In this document: in pieces, positions 10,178 to 19,661 of the stretch
How the letters are laid out: the number at the start of each line of letters is the position of its first letter
How positions within the stretch are numbered: the stretch's first letter is position 1
Program-made: the position numbers and the translations under genes
IMG/VR virus record: IMGVR_UViG_3300012642_000011
Coordinates: 32,001-96,000 of that record
Length of the DNA stretch: 64,000 nt
Strand: one strand, 5' to 3'
Source of the DNA: a virus
The notes under the pieces: generated by a model
Told to the model about the DNA's origin: nothing
The model's input: only the letters and a program-made list of their open reading frames with translations
Databases searched by the model: none

Positions 10178-10460
10178 TCCCATTGAGGAGTTCTCGAAGA
10201 ATTCTCTGCCCCCTAAGTTGACAGAGGTAAATAGAAATGCTATTGATAAGATCAACTATCATTTGAAAGAGCATGGGGTTCTATCTCGGGAATCAAGAAT
10301 CGAGTTCGAGGATGATGATGATTGCACTATTGAGGAACTCATTAATGATGCAATGAACGATGCTGTTCATTTTAGCAATGATCTTCATTCTTATAACTCC
10401 ATTAAAATAGAAAAAGAAGAGATGGAAGAGGGAATAGATTACTTCGATGAGGAGTTTTAA
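10167..10460 (+). CDS. Small acidic protein ending …DYFDEEF
   Basis: ATG 10167 overlaps the upstream gene end. D/E-rich with an acidic-aromatic C-terminus. Confidence 0.4.
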   Translation: MSTDPIEEFSKNSLPPKLTEVNRNAIDKINYHLKEHGVLSRESRIEFEDDDDCTIEELINDAMNDAVHFSNDLHSYNSIKIEKEEMEEGIDYFDEEF

Positions 10461-10467
10461 CATGTAG

Positions 10468-10496
10468 TTGACAGAGAACTCTGTTAGCGATACAAT
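10468..10496 (+). promoter_or_regulatory. Sigma-70-type promoter: TTGACA (10468-73), 17-nt spacer, TACAAT (10491-96)
   Basis: Near-consensus -35/-10 with a 17-nt spacer, ~60 nt upstream of the sigma-factor gene. Confidence 0.55.
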
Positions 10497-10553
10497 GTAA
10501 GTTCAGTAAAAGCGGAAACACGCGAGTTAGGTATAGGAGTAGTGGTCTGAGAT

Positions 10554-11489
10554 ATGTCTACTGTAAAGTATGAGTCTATCAGTAAGTTGGATAAGGAAGA
10601 GCAGCTTCGTTTAGGGGAGATTGTTCAGAAGAACTTACCTTTCTATGAGAAGTCTATTGATCCCAATCTGAGTAGTGAAGAGAAAGCAGAACTGCGTAAG
10701 AAGTACTACCATGAGATCAAAGCGTACAATGATGCAACAGAGACTCTCATTAAGGCTAATGTTGGTTTAGTTACGTCTCAGGTTAAGGCTTTTGCAAGCA
10801 AAATTCCATCCTCAACCAGTTATGACGAGGATGACATGATTCAGTGTGGTATGAATGGACTCTTTACTGCTATTCGAAAGTATGACCCATCTAGAGGAAA
10901 TAATCTCTCCACAGTTGCAACATGGTGGATCTATCAGGAGATCACTAGAACCTATAACAAGGAAGCAAAGTTGATCAGGCTTCCAGAGAACAGAGTTGCT
11001 GACAACTCTTACCTGCAGAGTCTTCATAGGGATTTCCCCGAATTGTCCACTGCAGAGATCGAAAGAATGGCTTTTGAAGAGAGAAATCTGACCAGAGAAG
11101 ACATTACTGTGATTTCCAATGCATCTTCTTCCACTATCTCACTGAATGGTTTCTCTGCTGATGGTGATGAGGAGAAAGATATTACTGATCTCATCTCTTA
11201 TAAGTATGCGGATGATAATGCTATGGAGGCTGCTGAGCGAGCAGACGTGAACTCCAAGATCAGGGATTGCTTCCTTTCATTGACTGAAAAAGAGCAGGAT
11301 TGTATTCGTGCTCTCTTCGGTTTAGGAGATGGAAAGAAGAAGGGCGTTGTTACCTTAAAGAAGGTTAGAGCAAAGAGTAAGTATAAATTTAACACGCCGG
11401 AGGAAGTTGAAGAGTTTGGGAAGAAGTCTCTTGTTAAACTTAAAGTGGCACTTGAAAAAAACGGCATTACAAAGAGTGATGTCTTGTGA
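10554..11489 (+). CDS. Sigma-70-family RNA polymerase sigma factor with regions 2 and 4 and no region 1.1
   Basis: Region 2.x-like: …GMNGLFTAIRKYDPSRGNNLSTVATWWIYQEITRTYNK…. Region-4-like HTH: LTEKEQDCIRALFGLGDG…VTLKKV. RBS AGGAG. Confidence 0.8.
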   Translation: MSTVKYESISKLDKEEQLRLGEIVQKNLPFYEKSIDPNLSSEEKAELRKKYYHEIKAYNDATETLIKANVGLVTSQVKAFASKIPSSTSYDEDDMIQCGMNGLFTAIRKYDPSRGNNLSTVATWWIYQEITRTYNKEAKLIRLPENRVADNSYLQSLHRDFPELSTAEIERMAFEERNLTREDITVISNASSSTISLNGFSADGDEEKDITDLISYKYADDNAMEAAERADVNSKIRDCFLSLTEKEQDCIRALFGLGDGKKKGVVTLKKVRAKSKYKFNTPEEVEEFGKKSLVKLKVALEKNGITKSDVL

Positions 11490-11505
11490 GATGAAATTTT
11501 GGTGA

Positions 11506-11814
11506 TTGCTTATGAGTCCAGACAGCAAAAGGATTGATGCTTTCTTTGTATGTATTAAAGTTCCGCAAGAGGAAACACAGTCTTCTGCCGATGCTGTAAT
11601 TTCCAAGTCATTATCCCGATTGTTCTCCCAGCGTTGGGACAGGGTGACAGAGAGTTCAGGATTCGGTGGAGAAATTGTCTATCAGATAGATACTCCTGGC
11701 AGAATGTCTGAGAAGAACTTGAATGATTTCTTCGTTAAGATGGACATCTTCTTAGAAACGCATAAAGAGAAATTTCTTCCACGTTTTGTTCAGAAAGAGG
11801 GTATTGACTCATGA
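11506..11814 (+). CDS. Hypothetical small protein (possible sigma-factor partner; an STAS-like fold is speculative)
   Basis: Immediately downstream of the sigma gene. Contains …RVTESSGFGGEIVY…, vaguely STAS-like. Confidence 0.3.
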   Translation: MLMSPDSKRIDAFFVCIKVPQEETQSSADAVISKSLSRLFSQRWDRVTESSGFGGEIVYQIDTPGRMSEKNLNDFFVKMDIFLETHKEKFLPRFVQKEGIDS

Positions 11815-13097
11815 GTAACAATAAACCATTGTTCACTAAAGAAACCTTTAAACTTCAACCGATAGAATTCAGGATAGGCGCTATCTTTTCTGATGGTATG
11901 TGGTATACCAAGGAGAAAATCGAAAAGTATACAAAGGCATCCTATGATGAAATCACAGAATGGATTGATCAGGCTGTAAAAGATGGTGTAGTAATCCCAG
12001 CATCTGATGGCTCAAAATCATATCGTATGTCTTATGATTCATTGGTCAAATGGATGAAGGAAAACCGTATAGAGATGGGTTCTCAGATTATCAGTGACAT
12101 CTTCCCTTCACGTGTTTGGGATAAGAAAACTGAAACAGAAGGATTCATTGATGCTCCGCTAAGAGAACTTGGCGTGGTTTCCTTCCAAGCATCCCCTGAA
12201 GCGTTGAAAGTGATTCAGGAAAGATTAAAAGGTATAGCAAAGATTAGAAGCCAAGAGATTCCTGGCAAGTACAAGGCATTCTGTTTGAGTTCTACATACA
12301 TTGCTCCTATCATCAAGTCCACACTTGCTGAATTAGGAGAAGGTAAGGCTAAGACATATGCAAGAGCGATCACCATGAGAAGAGAACTGGTTGATTTCTC
12401 TACTGCATTCTCCCATGGGATCATTGATTTCTATTCTAAGTTCGGGAAGACGTTAGTCAGAAAAGAAATGGACACTATCAAGATCTTCCTTCCTGAACCA
12501 GAGGATCAAGATTCACAGATCATGACGTGGGTTATTGATGCTATTGAAAAGTTCAATCAAGACGCTCCCGTACCATTCTCAGGATACTTGCATTCAGTGC
12601 TGTCAAAAAGGCCCTATGATTTGCCTGTGATTTATCTTGGTAAAGAACTTGCTGAGTTCCAAAAAAACAGGTCAAGAAAAATCAAAGAGATGAGGAAGCA
12701 GCAAGGCAAGCCTGATGACCACGTGTTTTCCAATGAGGAAGTTGCAAGAGCAATGGGACTTCCTATCATTGAGTTCAAGGATTTGGAAGAGCAACACAAG
12801 ATGTGGGTTGAGACTAGGAAGAACACCCCATTGACATGGGATGAAAGTTCCGAAGAAAAAATGGTGGAGTCTTCTATCTATGGAGGTCCAGTCTTTAGCC
12901 ATGAATCAGATGACATCCTTGCTTCAAATATTTCCCATGCTATCATCAAGACAGCGTTGATGACAAGTCGATATGATGAAGCAATCAAAATGATCAAACA
13001 AATGGGCACCAGTGATATTGATATGAATTCTATCAGGACTATTTCCCCCGAGTTTATTGAGTCACTGGGAAGGCACATGGGAGTTGATGATCAATGA
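11811..13097 (+). CDS. Hypothetical protein of 428 aa
   Basis: Translationally coupled (ATGA overlap). No recognisable motif. Confidence 0.45.
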   Translation: MSNNKPLFTKETFKLQPIEFRIGAIFSDGMWYTKEKIEKYTKASYDEITEWIDQAVKDGVVIPASDGSKSYRMSYDSLVKWMKENRIEMGSQIISDIFPSRVWDKKTETEGFIDAPLRELGVVSFQASPEALKVIQERLKGIAKIRSQEIPGKYKAFCLSSTYIAPIIKSTLAELGEGKAKTYARAITMRRELVDFSTAFSHGIIDFYSKFGKTLVRKEMDTIKIFLPEPEDQDSQIMTWVIDAIEKFNQDAPVPFSGYLHSVLSKRPYDLPVIYLGKELAEFQKNRSRKIKEMRKQQGKPDDHVFSNEEVARAMGLPIIEFKDLEEQHKMWVETRKNTPLTWDESSEEKMVESSIYGGPVFSHESDDILASNISHAIIKTALMTSRYDEAIKMIKQMGTSDIDMNSIRTISPEFIESLGRHMGVDDQ

Positions 13098-13699
13098 CCT
13101 CAAGAAGCAGAGAAGATATGGATTTTATTGAAGAGTCCAGAAGAAGGGCTAAACTCGCATCCGGTGAAGTCACATCAGAAGATGAGGTACTTTATTCTAC
13201 TGCTGAAGAATACAATAGAATCCCATGGTGGAAGAGATACATTACATGGTCTGCTTTCTTTTTCATCTGCGCTCTAGTGTCATCTGGTGCCACTCTTGCT
13301 CTCTTCATGGCTTTGGAAAAGGTCTATAGTGTTGATACTATCAAGTACATTCTTGAAAGTGGAGGATTGGTTTACGCTAAAGAGACCAAGGATTATTTCC
13401 TTCTCTCCATTTATGATTACAAGTGGGCGATTATTCTTGGTCTCTTTGCTCTGTTCCTCATGCTTTCCATACTCATGCTGCTTCTTGAATTGAGAAGGAT
13501 TAAAAAGATAGATGATAAAAATATGCTCCTTCAAGAATCCGATAGCGTAGAAGATTCAAAAAGTGATTCTTTGAGTGATGAGGAAGAGCAGTATATGGAT
13601 TCTTTCAACACAGTAGACGAAGTTGAAAATGAGTTTCCTGCAGAAGACACTGATATCGAAAAGTTTTTAAATGATCAGAAGAATAGGAACGGTCAGTGA
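13094..13699 (+). CDS. Two-TM membrane protein with an acidic C-terminus
   Basis: Two hydrophobic helices, then an S/D/E-rich tail. Overlaps the upstream stop. Confidence 0.45.
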   Translation: MTSRSREDMDFIEESRRRAKLASGEVTSEDEVLYSTAEEYNRIPWWKRYITWSAFFFICALVSSGATLALFMALEKVYSVDTIKYILESGGLVYAKETKDYFLLSIYDYKWAIILGLFALFLMLSILMLLLELRRIKKIDDKNMLLQESDSVEDSKSDSLSDEEEQYMDSFNTVDEVENEFPAEDTDIEKFLNDQKNRNGQ

Positions 13700-14391
13700 G
13701 TAACAGGACAACAAAGCAAAAACAGGACTTGAAGATAAAGATTCTAATCGGTATTTTAATTGCATTCCTCATCATCACGATTGGCTTGATTTTCCTTGTC
13801 ATCAATGGTGTCAATAAAGACAGTGTAGTGAAAGACAATAGCGAGAGCAGTCCTGCCAGTAGTAGTCAACAGGTGGATCAGATAAGCAGAACACTGTCGG
13901 GAAAGACTGTTGAAGAAGACAAGAAAGATGCTGTAGAGTCCATAAGAAGAATCATTGAAGAGGCTGCTAAAAACCCTTCAAACAAGCCAGATTTGATGTC
14001 TCAAGTTGATGCTATCGAAAAAGAAGAAGATGGCGTTGTGACAGATGATCTCAAGTCAATGATCAGAACTGATGGATTTGATCCTATTACTAAGAATATA
14101 AGAACTGTCAATACATTGCAGTCTTTGGTTGTTGTTGCTGATGCAGTCAAGGACGAAAAGGGTAAGGTCAATCTTGTCCAAGATGATGCTTGGAATCAGG
14201 CTTTCGTGGATCAGGAAGCAGGGTATGCTCTTGTTCCATTGACAGTATTCCATTCAACAGGAGCATTTGATTTCCATATGGTTTACGTTGAGGGCAAATG
14301 GGAGTTCGCTCCCAAAACATTCATTGATGATGTTGCCAGATTCTCCCAGCAAGCATCTGAATCCCAATCTGAATCCTCCCCATCTTCGTAA
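13696..14391 (+). CDS. Membrane-anchored extracytoplasmic protein
   Basis: N-terminal TM (ILIGILIAFLIITIGLIFLVI); coupled start. Confidence 0.45.
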   Translation: MSNRTTKQKQDLKIKILIGILIAFLIITIGLIFLVINGVNKDSVVKDNSESSPASSSQQVDQISRTLSGKTVEEDKKDAVESIRRIIEEAAKNPSNKPDLMSQVDAIEKEEDGVVTDDLKSMIRTDGFDPITKNIRTVNTLQSLVVVADAVKDEKGKVNLVQDDAWNQAFVDQEAGYALVPLTVFHSTGAFDFHMVYVEGKWEFAPKTFIDDVARFSQQASESQSESSPSS

Positions 14392-14401
14392 GTCGAGGAT
14401 T

Positions 14402-15861
14402 AAATAAGGGTTGGCAACTGTTGCCCCAGATAGTATTCTAAAGTAATTTTGCTATACTATAAGATAAAGACATCAGAACAAAAGAAGGGGGAGAGAATGA
14501 GCACCATTGTTTTACAATATGCCCTCAACCCCACCACAGAACAAGAAGAAAAACTCAAATCCCACAGCGGAGCAGTAAGATTTGCATACAACTGGCTTCT
14601 CAATGAAATACTTGACAACTGGGCAAAAGTCAAAAACAGTGAAACTAATGAGTACCTCAACACCTCATCCTACGCACTGAGAAATCACTTGAACGCCCAC
14701 AAAGAAGAAGTAGCACCATGGTGGAAAGAAAACAGCAAGGAAGCCTTCGCCACAGGAGCCAATAATCTCTCCCTTGCGCTGAAAGGCTACTACAATAAAC
14801 GCACTGGACTCCCCAAATTCAAGAAGCGAGATCTGAATCACTCTGAAGGTGTGACTTTCACAACCGGAACCAGACGTTTAGAGCAAGGGGATAAACACAT
14901 CACCCTGCCACGTTTAGAAACCATCAAACTCCACGAGAAAGCCACTAAAGCGCGATGGTTACTCAACCACGGAGCAAAACTCACTCTCGCCAGTGTTAAA
15001 TATTCGAGAACCCGATGGTTCGTCACTCTTACTTTCAGAGTAAATGAGGATTTAGAGCAGCAATACCACTTGAAGCGCACTAAGAAAGACAAAAAGAGAT
15101 CCGCCATTGGTGTCGATCTCGGTGTGAAGAATCTTGCTGTGTTCTCGGACGGAACTGTGATCGAGAATCCGAGAATATACGAGAAATACTTGAAAAAACT
15201 CCGCCGTTTGAACAAGAGGCTGTCACGTCGTCAAGGTTTGGACAAGAAAACGGGGCAGATGCCTTCACGCCGGTACGAGAGGGCGAAAGCAGATGTGGCA
15301 AAAATGCATGCTAAAATCGCCAATATTGAGGAGGATAATCTTCACAAGTTAAGCAAGAGGCTGGTGGATGATTACTCATTAATTGGCTTGGAGGACTTGA
15401 ACGTGGCGGGTATGGTGAAGAATCATCGTTTGTCTCGTCGTATTGCTCATGCTCAGTTTGGCAAGTTGCGTCAATTGGTGGCGTATAAGTCTGCATGGTA
15501 TGGGTCGAAAACTGTCCTGATTGACAGGTTTTACCCGAGCACTCAAGTGTGTTCTCAATGTGGTGCAAGATCGAAAGTCAAGATCTTGTTGCATGTGAGA
15601 GTATTTGAGTGTGATAATTGTGGTGTTAGGATCGATAGGGATCTGAATGCTGCGATTAATATTGAGAAACAAGCCGTCGCCCAGAGTTGCGGGGAGACGT
15701 TAAACGGTCGTGGAGACGGAAGCGCTGGCTTGGTTTCACCAAGTGAAACTCCTGTCTGTGAAGCGATTAGTGAGAGCAGGATTCTCACAATCGCGTAAGC
15801 GATAATCTATTTACTACTATTTAGATTAACGGTTGATCATGGACTCGATCAACCCTTATTT
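14402..15861 (+). mobile_element. IS200/IS605-family tnpB-only element (IS1341-like) with left-end and right-end hairpins and 12-bp inverted termini
   Basis: LE AAATAAGGGTTG at 14402-13 followed by hairpin GGCAAC-T-GTTGCC at 14413-25. RE hairpin GGTTGATC-atggactc-GATCAACC at 15831-54 followed by CAACCCTTATTT at 15850-61, the reverse complement of the LE terminus. A single tnpB lies between them. Confidence 0.7.
14497..15798 (+). CDS. tnpB: TnpB (OrfB) RNA-guided endonuclease of the IS200/IS605 family
   Basis: ATG 14497 follows GGGGGAG. Intact RuvC triad context: IGVDLGVKNLAVFSDG, …LIGLEDLNVAGM…, …RIDRDLNAAINI…. C-terminal Zn finger CSQCG…CDNCG. Confidence 0.9.
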   Translation: MSTIVLQYALNPTTEQEEKLKSHSGAVRFAYNWLLNEILDNWAKVKNSETNEYLNTSSYALRNHLNAHKEEVAPWWKENSKEAFATGANNLSLALKGYYNKRTGLPKFKKRDLNHSEGVTFTTGTRRLEQGDKHITLPRLETIKLHEKATKARWLLNHGAKLTLASVKYSRTRWFVTLTFRVNEDLEQQYHLKRTKKDKKRSAIGVDLGVKNLAVFSDGTVIENPRIYEKYLKKLRRLNKRLSRRQGLDKKTGQMPSRRYERAKADVAKMHAKIANIEEDNLHKLSKRLVDDYSLIGLEDLNVAGMVKNHRLSRRIAHAQFGKLRQLVAYKSAWYGSKTVLIDRFYPSTQVCSQCGARSKVKILLHVRVFECDNCGVRIDRDLNAAINIEKQAVAQSCGETLNGRGDGSAGLVSPSETPVCEAISESRILTIA

Positions 15862-15915
15862 TTGTTAAGATAGTGGTATCGAAAAGAGTATCCTATTAAT
15901 ATAAAGAGGGGCATT

Positions 15916-18219
15916 ATGTCATTAACCTTGGCTAGAGTAGAGTTGAATAATTTCAGATTGCATAAGAATGTGGTTTTTGAACCTAAACAGACAGGTTTAG
16001 TCACTATCACAGGTCCTAATGGGTCTGGAAAGTCTTCTATTGTCAATGCTGTGGAATGGGCCTTATACGGCACAAAGCATAAGGGCATCTCTAAGAACTC
16101 TGATCTGATTCGAGAAGGTGTTGATCCGAAGAAAACAGAGGTCTTTGTCAAGGTAGATTTCATTTCAGGAGACACTGTTTACAGAGTGATCAGGACAATC
16201 AAAAGTGCCTCTCTGACAGAAGCAGAAATTTATCGTTCCCCCTCATTGGAGGATTATAAGAATGATAAATCCGAAGGAAAAATGGAGATTGAGGATCGTG
16301 ATCCCTTTGCTGCTGGTGTCTCCGATGTATCCAGAGAAGTCAAGAGAATCCTTGGCATGGACGAGAAGGGTTTTCTTACTGCCGTTAAGGTAGCCCAAAA
16401 GGAAGTTGACGGAATTATTCTCAGCGGTAAGGCTGAGCGAGGAAAGGTCATTGAGGATCTTACGGGTATTTCATCGTTGACTATTGCTTTAAAGAAGGCT
16501 AGAGAAGAGCATCGTGATCTGAAGAAAACAAGTGAATTCTTCACGGCCAGCAGGGATGACTTGAATGCGCTGCAGGCAGAGGTAGATGCACTGATTCCAA
16601 AGGTAGGAGATAAGAGAGAAGCACTTGTATCTGTCAGGGATGATGCTAAAGAGAAGAAGGAATCCTTTGATCAATTAAAGGAAGAAGTTCGTCAGCAACA
16701 GGAGATTGTTGATCAGAATAAGATGAATTCCGAGAAGATCATCGAGATCAAGGGAAGAATTAAAGCTGGTGAAGTCACTGTTTCTGATCTTCTCCAAGAG
16801 AGACAGGATAAGAAGAAAGAACTCACTGTCTTTGGTCATTCACCTATGACTTTGGATGCGGCAGAGAAAGCCATGTCTTCACTGAACGCAGAGATGTCTT
16901 CATTGTCATCAGCAAGGATCAATCTTGAGTCTAGGGTTTCTTCTATTGAGAGTAAGAAGAAATCTTTAGATGAATCTATTGCAAAAAAGGGCTATGAGAA
17001 GATAGAAGATCTCATAGGTGAGATGAGAACTCTCAAGGCAGACTCCGAATCATTGCAAAATGAAATCAATGATCTTCAGGATCAGTCTTCTTCAGTTGTC
17101 TCAGAAGGAAAGAAGATCAATGTTGCTATTGATGCTTTGACGCAAGATGATGGAACTTGCCCCACATGCTTGCAGAGAGTTGCTGATCCTTCAGAAGCAG
17201 TTGAGTTGCTTCAAGGGCAGGTGGCTTCTTTGAGGAAGAAAAACAAGGAGATCAAGTCCTCTATTGAAGAGAAGAAGGCGCTTCTTGCAGAGAAGAAAAC
17301 TAATTTTGATGAGTTGAATCAGATCAGAGTGTCATGGAAGTCCATTGCAGAGGACATTGAAACCATTGAGTCCATGAAGAAGGAGATCATGGATTACGAG
17401 TTCAAGGAAAAGATTGTTTCGAACAAGATCAAGAGCGCGGAATCTGATCTTGCTGATGCAAGGGATTTGAAGTCGAAGAAGGATGAGTATGACAGAATTA
17501 TTGCTCGCTACAATAAGGCTGATGAGGTACTGTCTGGTTTGAAAACACAGCTGTCCTCTTTGGAAGAGTCAATAGGTGAAAATAAGCCATTGAGTGAGGC
17601 CAAAATGGCTTCTTTGAGAAAGAAGATGGATGCTGCATCTGATGCGTACATCAAGGTCGCTGAGAAGTATTCATCTGACAAGGCTGATTACAAAGAGATT
17701 GAGGAAAGTCTGAAGTACAAGCAGAAAGAACTTGATGCTATGAAGGAAAGCGTTGAGAAGTACGAGAAGTCTTTGCTTGCTGTGGAGAGGTCTGTGTCAG
17801 CATTGAAGGTTGTTGAAGAGTATCGTGAAGATAGAATCTCTGAATCAATTCCTTTGATTGAAGCACATGCGTCTGAAATGATGAACCGTTTTACTTCTGG
17901 AAAGTTCACTCAGATTCTGATGGATCATAACTTCAATGTATCCATTGTCAGAGCAAATGGTGTAAAGGTTCCTATTGGTACGTTGTCAGGTGGAGAAATG
18001 TCAGCAGCAGCCATTGCTATCAGGTTGGCTATTGCTATTGTTTTGGACACAAGTCTTCTCATTCTTGATGAAGCATTGGTTTCACAGGATTTGGAGAGAT
18101 CTGAGAGGATTCTTTCTGTAGTCAAGGATTATTTCCATGGTCAGATCATCTTGATTGCGCATAGCAGTGTTATCCATGAGGTTTCTGATCAGAACTTTGA
18201 ACTGAACAGGGATGATTGA
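15916..18219 (+). CDS. SMC/Rad50(SbcC)-family ATPase with a coiled coil and a CxxC zinc hook
   Basis: N-terminal Walker A (ITGPNGSGKSSIVNAVEWALYG). Long coiled coil with CPTC hook at nt 17158-17169. C-terminal ABC signature and Walker B (LSGGEMSAAAIAIRLAIAIVLDTSLLILDEA). No SbcD/Mre11-like neighbour. Confidence 0.8.
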   Translation: MSLTLARVELNNFRLHKNVVFEPKQTGLVTITGPNGSGKSSIVNAVEWALYGTKHKGISKNSDLIREGVDPKKTEVFVKVDFISGDTVYRVIRTIKSASLTEAEIYRSPSLEDYKNDKSEGKMEIEDRDPFAAGVSDVSREVKRILGMDEKGFLTAVKVAQKEVDGIILSGKAERGKVIEDLTGISSLTIALKKAREEHRDLKKTSEFFTASRDDLNALQAEVDALIPKVGDKREALVSVRDDAKEKKESFDQLKEEVRQQQEIVDQNKMNSEKIIEIKGRIKAGEVTVSDLLQERQDKKKELTVFGHSPMTLDAAEKAMSSLNAEMSSLSSARINLESRVSSIESKKKSLDESIAKKGYEKIEDLIGEMRTLKADSESLQNEINDLQDQSSSVVSEGKKINVAIDALTQDDGTCPTCLQRVADPSEAVELLQGQVASLRKKNKEIKSSIEEKKALLAEKKTNFDELNQIRVSWKSIAEDIETIESMKKEIMDYEFKEKIVSNKIKSAESDLADARDLKSKKDEYDRIIARYNKADEVLSGLKTQLSSLEESIGENKPLSEAKMASLRKKMDAASDAYIKVAEKYSSDKADYKEIEESLKYKQKELDAMKESVEKYEKSLLAVERSVSALKVVEEYREDRISESIPLIEAHASEMMNRFTSGKFTQILMDHNFNVSIVRANGVKVPIGTLSGGEMSAAAIAIRLAIAIVLDTSLLILDEALVSQDLERSERILSVVKDYFHGQIILIAHSSVIHEVSDQNFELNRDD

Positions 18220-18235
18220 TCTCTGACTTCATTGT

Positions 18236-18276
18236 GCGCCTTCTCGTATTGGTCGAGAAGGCGCTTTTCTTTTCTT
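18236..18276 (+). terminator. Rho-independent terminator
   Basis: GCGCCTTCTCG-tattggt-CGAGAAGGCGC (11-bp perfect stem) followed by TTTTCTTTTCTT. Confidence 0.8.
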
Positions 18277-18380
18277 CAGCAGTCAGGATTCTGGGTTGCT
18301 AATATGCTTTTGATATGCTGAAAACACCTTTGGATTCATGATATTGAAAATAGTTATAAGGCACCAATATAGGAGTTATC

Positions 18381-19661
18381 GTGAGTCTTTCTTTTGAATC
18401 AAATACTATCTCAAAATACAAGATTGTGGAGAATGATGCATGGAATGATTGCTTCAATCTTCTTCTTGATCCTTCTGTCTCTGAAATCGAAGCCAATGGC
18501 CCTGATAAGTTTTTTATGAAGAAGAATGGTAGAAGGATTCATATTTCTCATATTAATATGACAGAAAAACAGTACAATGAAGCCCTTGAAGAGACTATGA
18601 AAAATAAAAAGGTCATGAGGGCATATGGTGAATTCTCGTGGGATGTATCACTGTTCGAAGGCATCCTTATGTATAATGTTCCCGATGCCAAGACAAGAGT
18701 CAGGGCAAGATGCCACGTCGTATTGCCCCCTGCTGCAACATATGCTCCTCAGGTGACCATTGCTAAGAAGAGTATCTCATTGAGCACATTGGATTCCATT
18801 GCAGGGCAAGGGTCCATGTCAACAGAGATGAAGAACTTCTTAGAGTGTGCTGTAGCATCTGATCTCACTGTGGTGTTTAGTGGTGGTACAGGTGCAGGAA
18901 AGACCACGATGATGGAAGCAGTGACGAAAATTATTGATCCAGAGTATAGAATCGGTATTGCTGAGGACTTGCCAGAACTTGAGTTGATCCAACCAAACGT
19001 TTCTTACCTTCAGTCGGTGCCTTATTCACCTGGTATGGATGTCAACAATGTGGTTACTCTTGAATGGGTTATCCAGCAGTTCCAGAGAATGAGAACAGAC
19101 AAACTTCTCGTTGGTGAGATTAGAGGTAAAGAGTTCTCATCATTCCTGATTGCCGCTAACTCTGGTATGGATGGATCTATGACCACAATGCACGCTGACA
19201 ACCCAAGAGCATGCTTAACAAAGATGTCAGAGTTCACATCTGCGGGCAGGCCAGGATCAAACATTAGAATGGTTAACCAATCCATTGGTGCATCTGTTGA
19301 CATTATTGTTCAGTTGGTCAAGCATAAAGACAAGCACAGGGTCAGCCACATTGAAGAAGTCTTAAGAGGTGTTGGTCAGGGAGAGGACGCAAAGATGACT
19401 TCCTCCACGCTTTACCAGTGGGATGAAGAAAAGGATGTCTTCTTAAAGAAGAGTCAGTTCAGTGATGAACTCCGTGAGAAGTTGCAGAAGAAATCTGCTG
19501 ACATTCAACAGTTCTTGGACAGCGCGCCGAATGTTCCACAACCTGCACATATGTCAAGGCCCACTCACTATGACCCAGCATCAGCGCACAAGACATCAAC
19601 ACCTTTGAGTAACATTGGTAGCAATCCATTTAAAACAGGTGGTAGCGGAAGGACAATATGA
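18381..19661 (+). CDS. VirB11/CpaF(TadA)-family secretion ATPase
   Basis: GTG start follows AGGAG. Walker A …VFSGGTGAGKTTMMEAV…. RIGIAEDLPELEL matches the Asp box/Walker B region of type II/IV secretion ATPases. Confidence 0.75.
   Translation: MSLSFESNTISKYKIVENDAWNDCFNLLLDPSVSEIEANGPDKFFMKKNGRRIHISHINMTEKQYNEALEETMKNKKVMRAYGEFSWDVSLFEGILMYNVPDAKTRVRARCHVVLPPAATYAPQVTIAKKSISLSTLDSIAGQGSMSTEMKNFLECAVASDLTVVFSGGTGAGKTTMMEAVTKIIDPEYRIGIAEDLPELELIQPNVSYLQSVPYSPGMDVNNVVTLEWVIQQFQRMRTDKLLVGEIRGKEFSSFLIAANSGMDGSMTTMHADNPRACLTKMSEFTSAGRPGSNIRMVNQSIGASVDIIVQLVKHKDKHRVSHIEEVLRGVGQGEDAKMTSSTLYQWDEEKDVFLKKSQFSDELREKLQKKSADIQQFLDSAPNVPQPAHMSRPTHYDPASAHKTSTPLSNIGSNPFKTGGSGRTI

Noticed and set aside
14380-15880. 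Target-site duplication flanking the tnpB element
   Set aside because: The flanks (…gtcgaggatt | …tttgttaaga) show no convincing direct repeat, consistent with IS200/IS605-family insertion chemistry, which makes no TSD.
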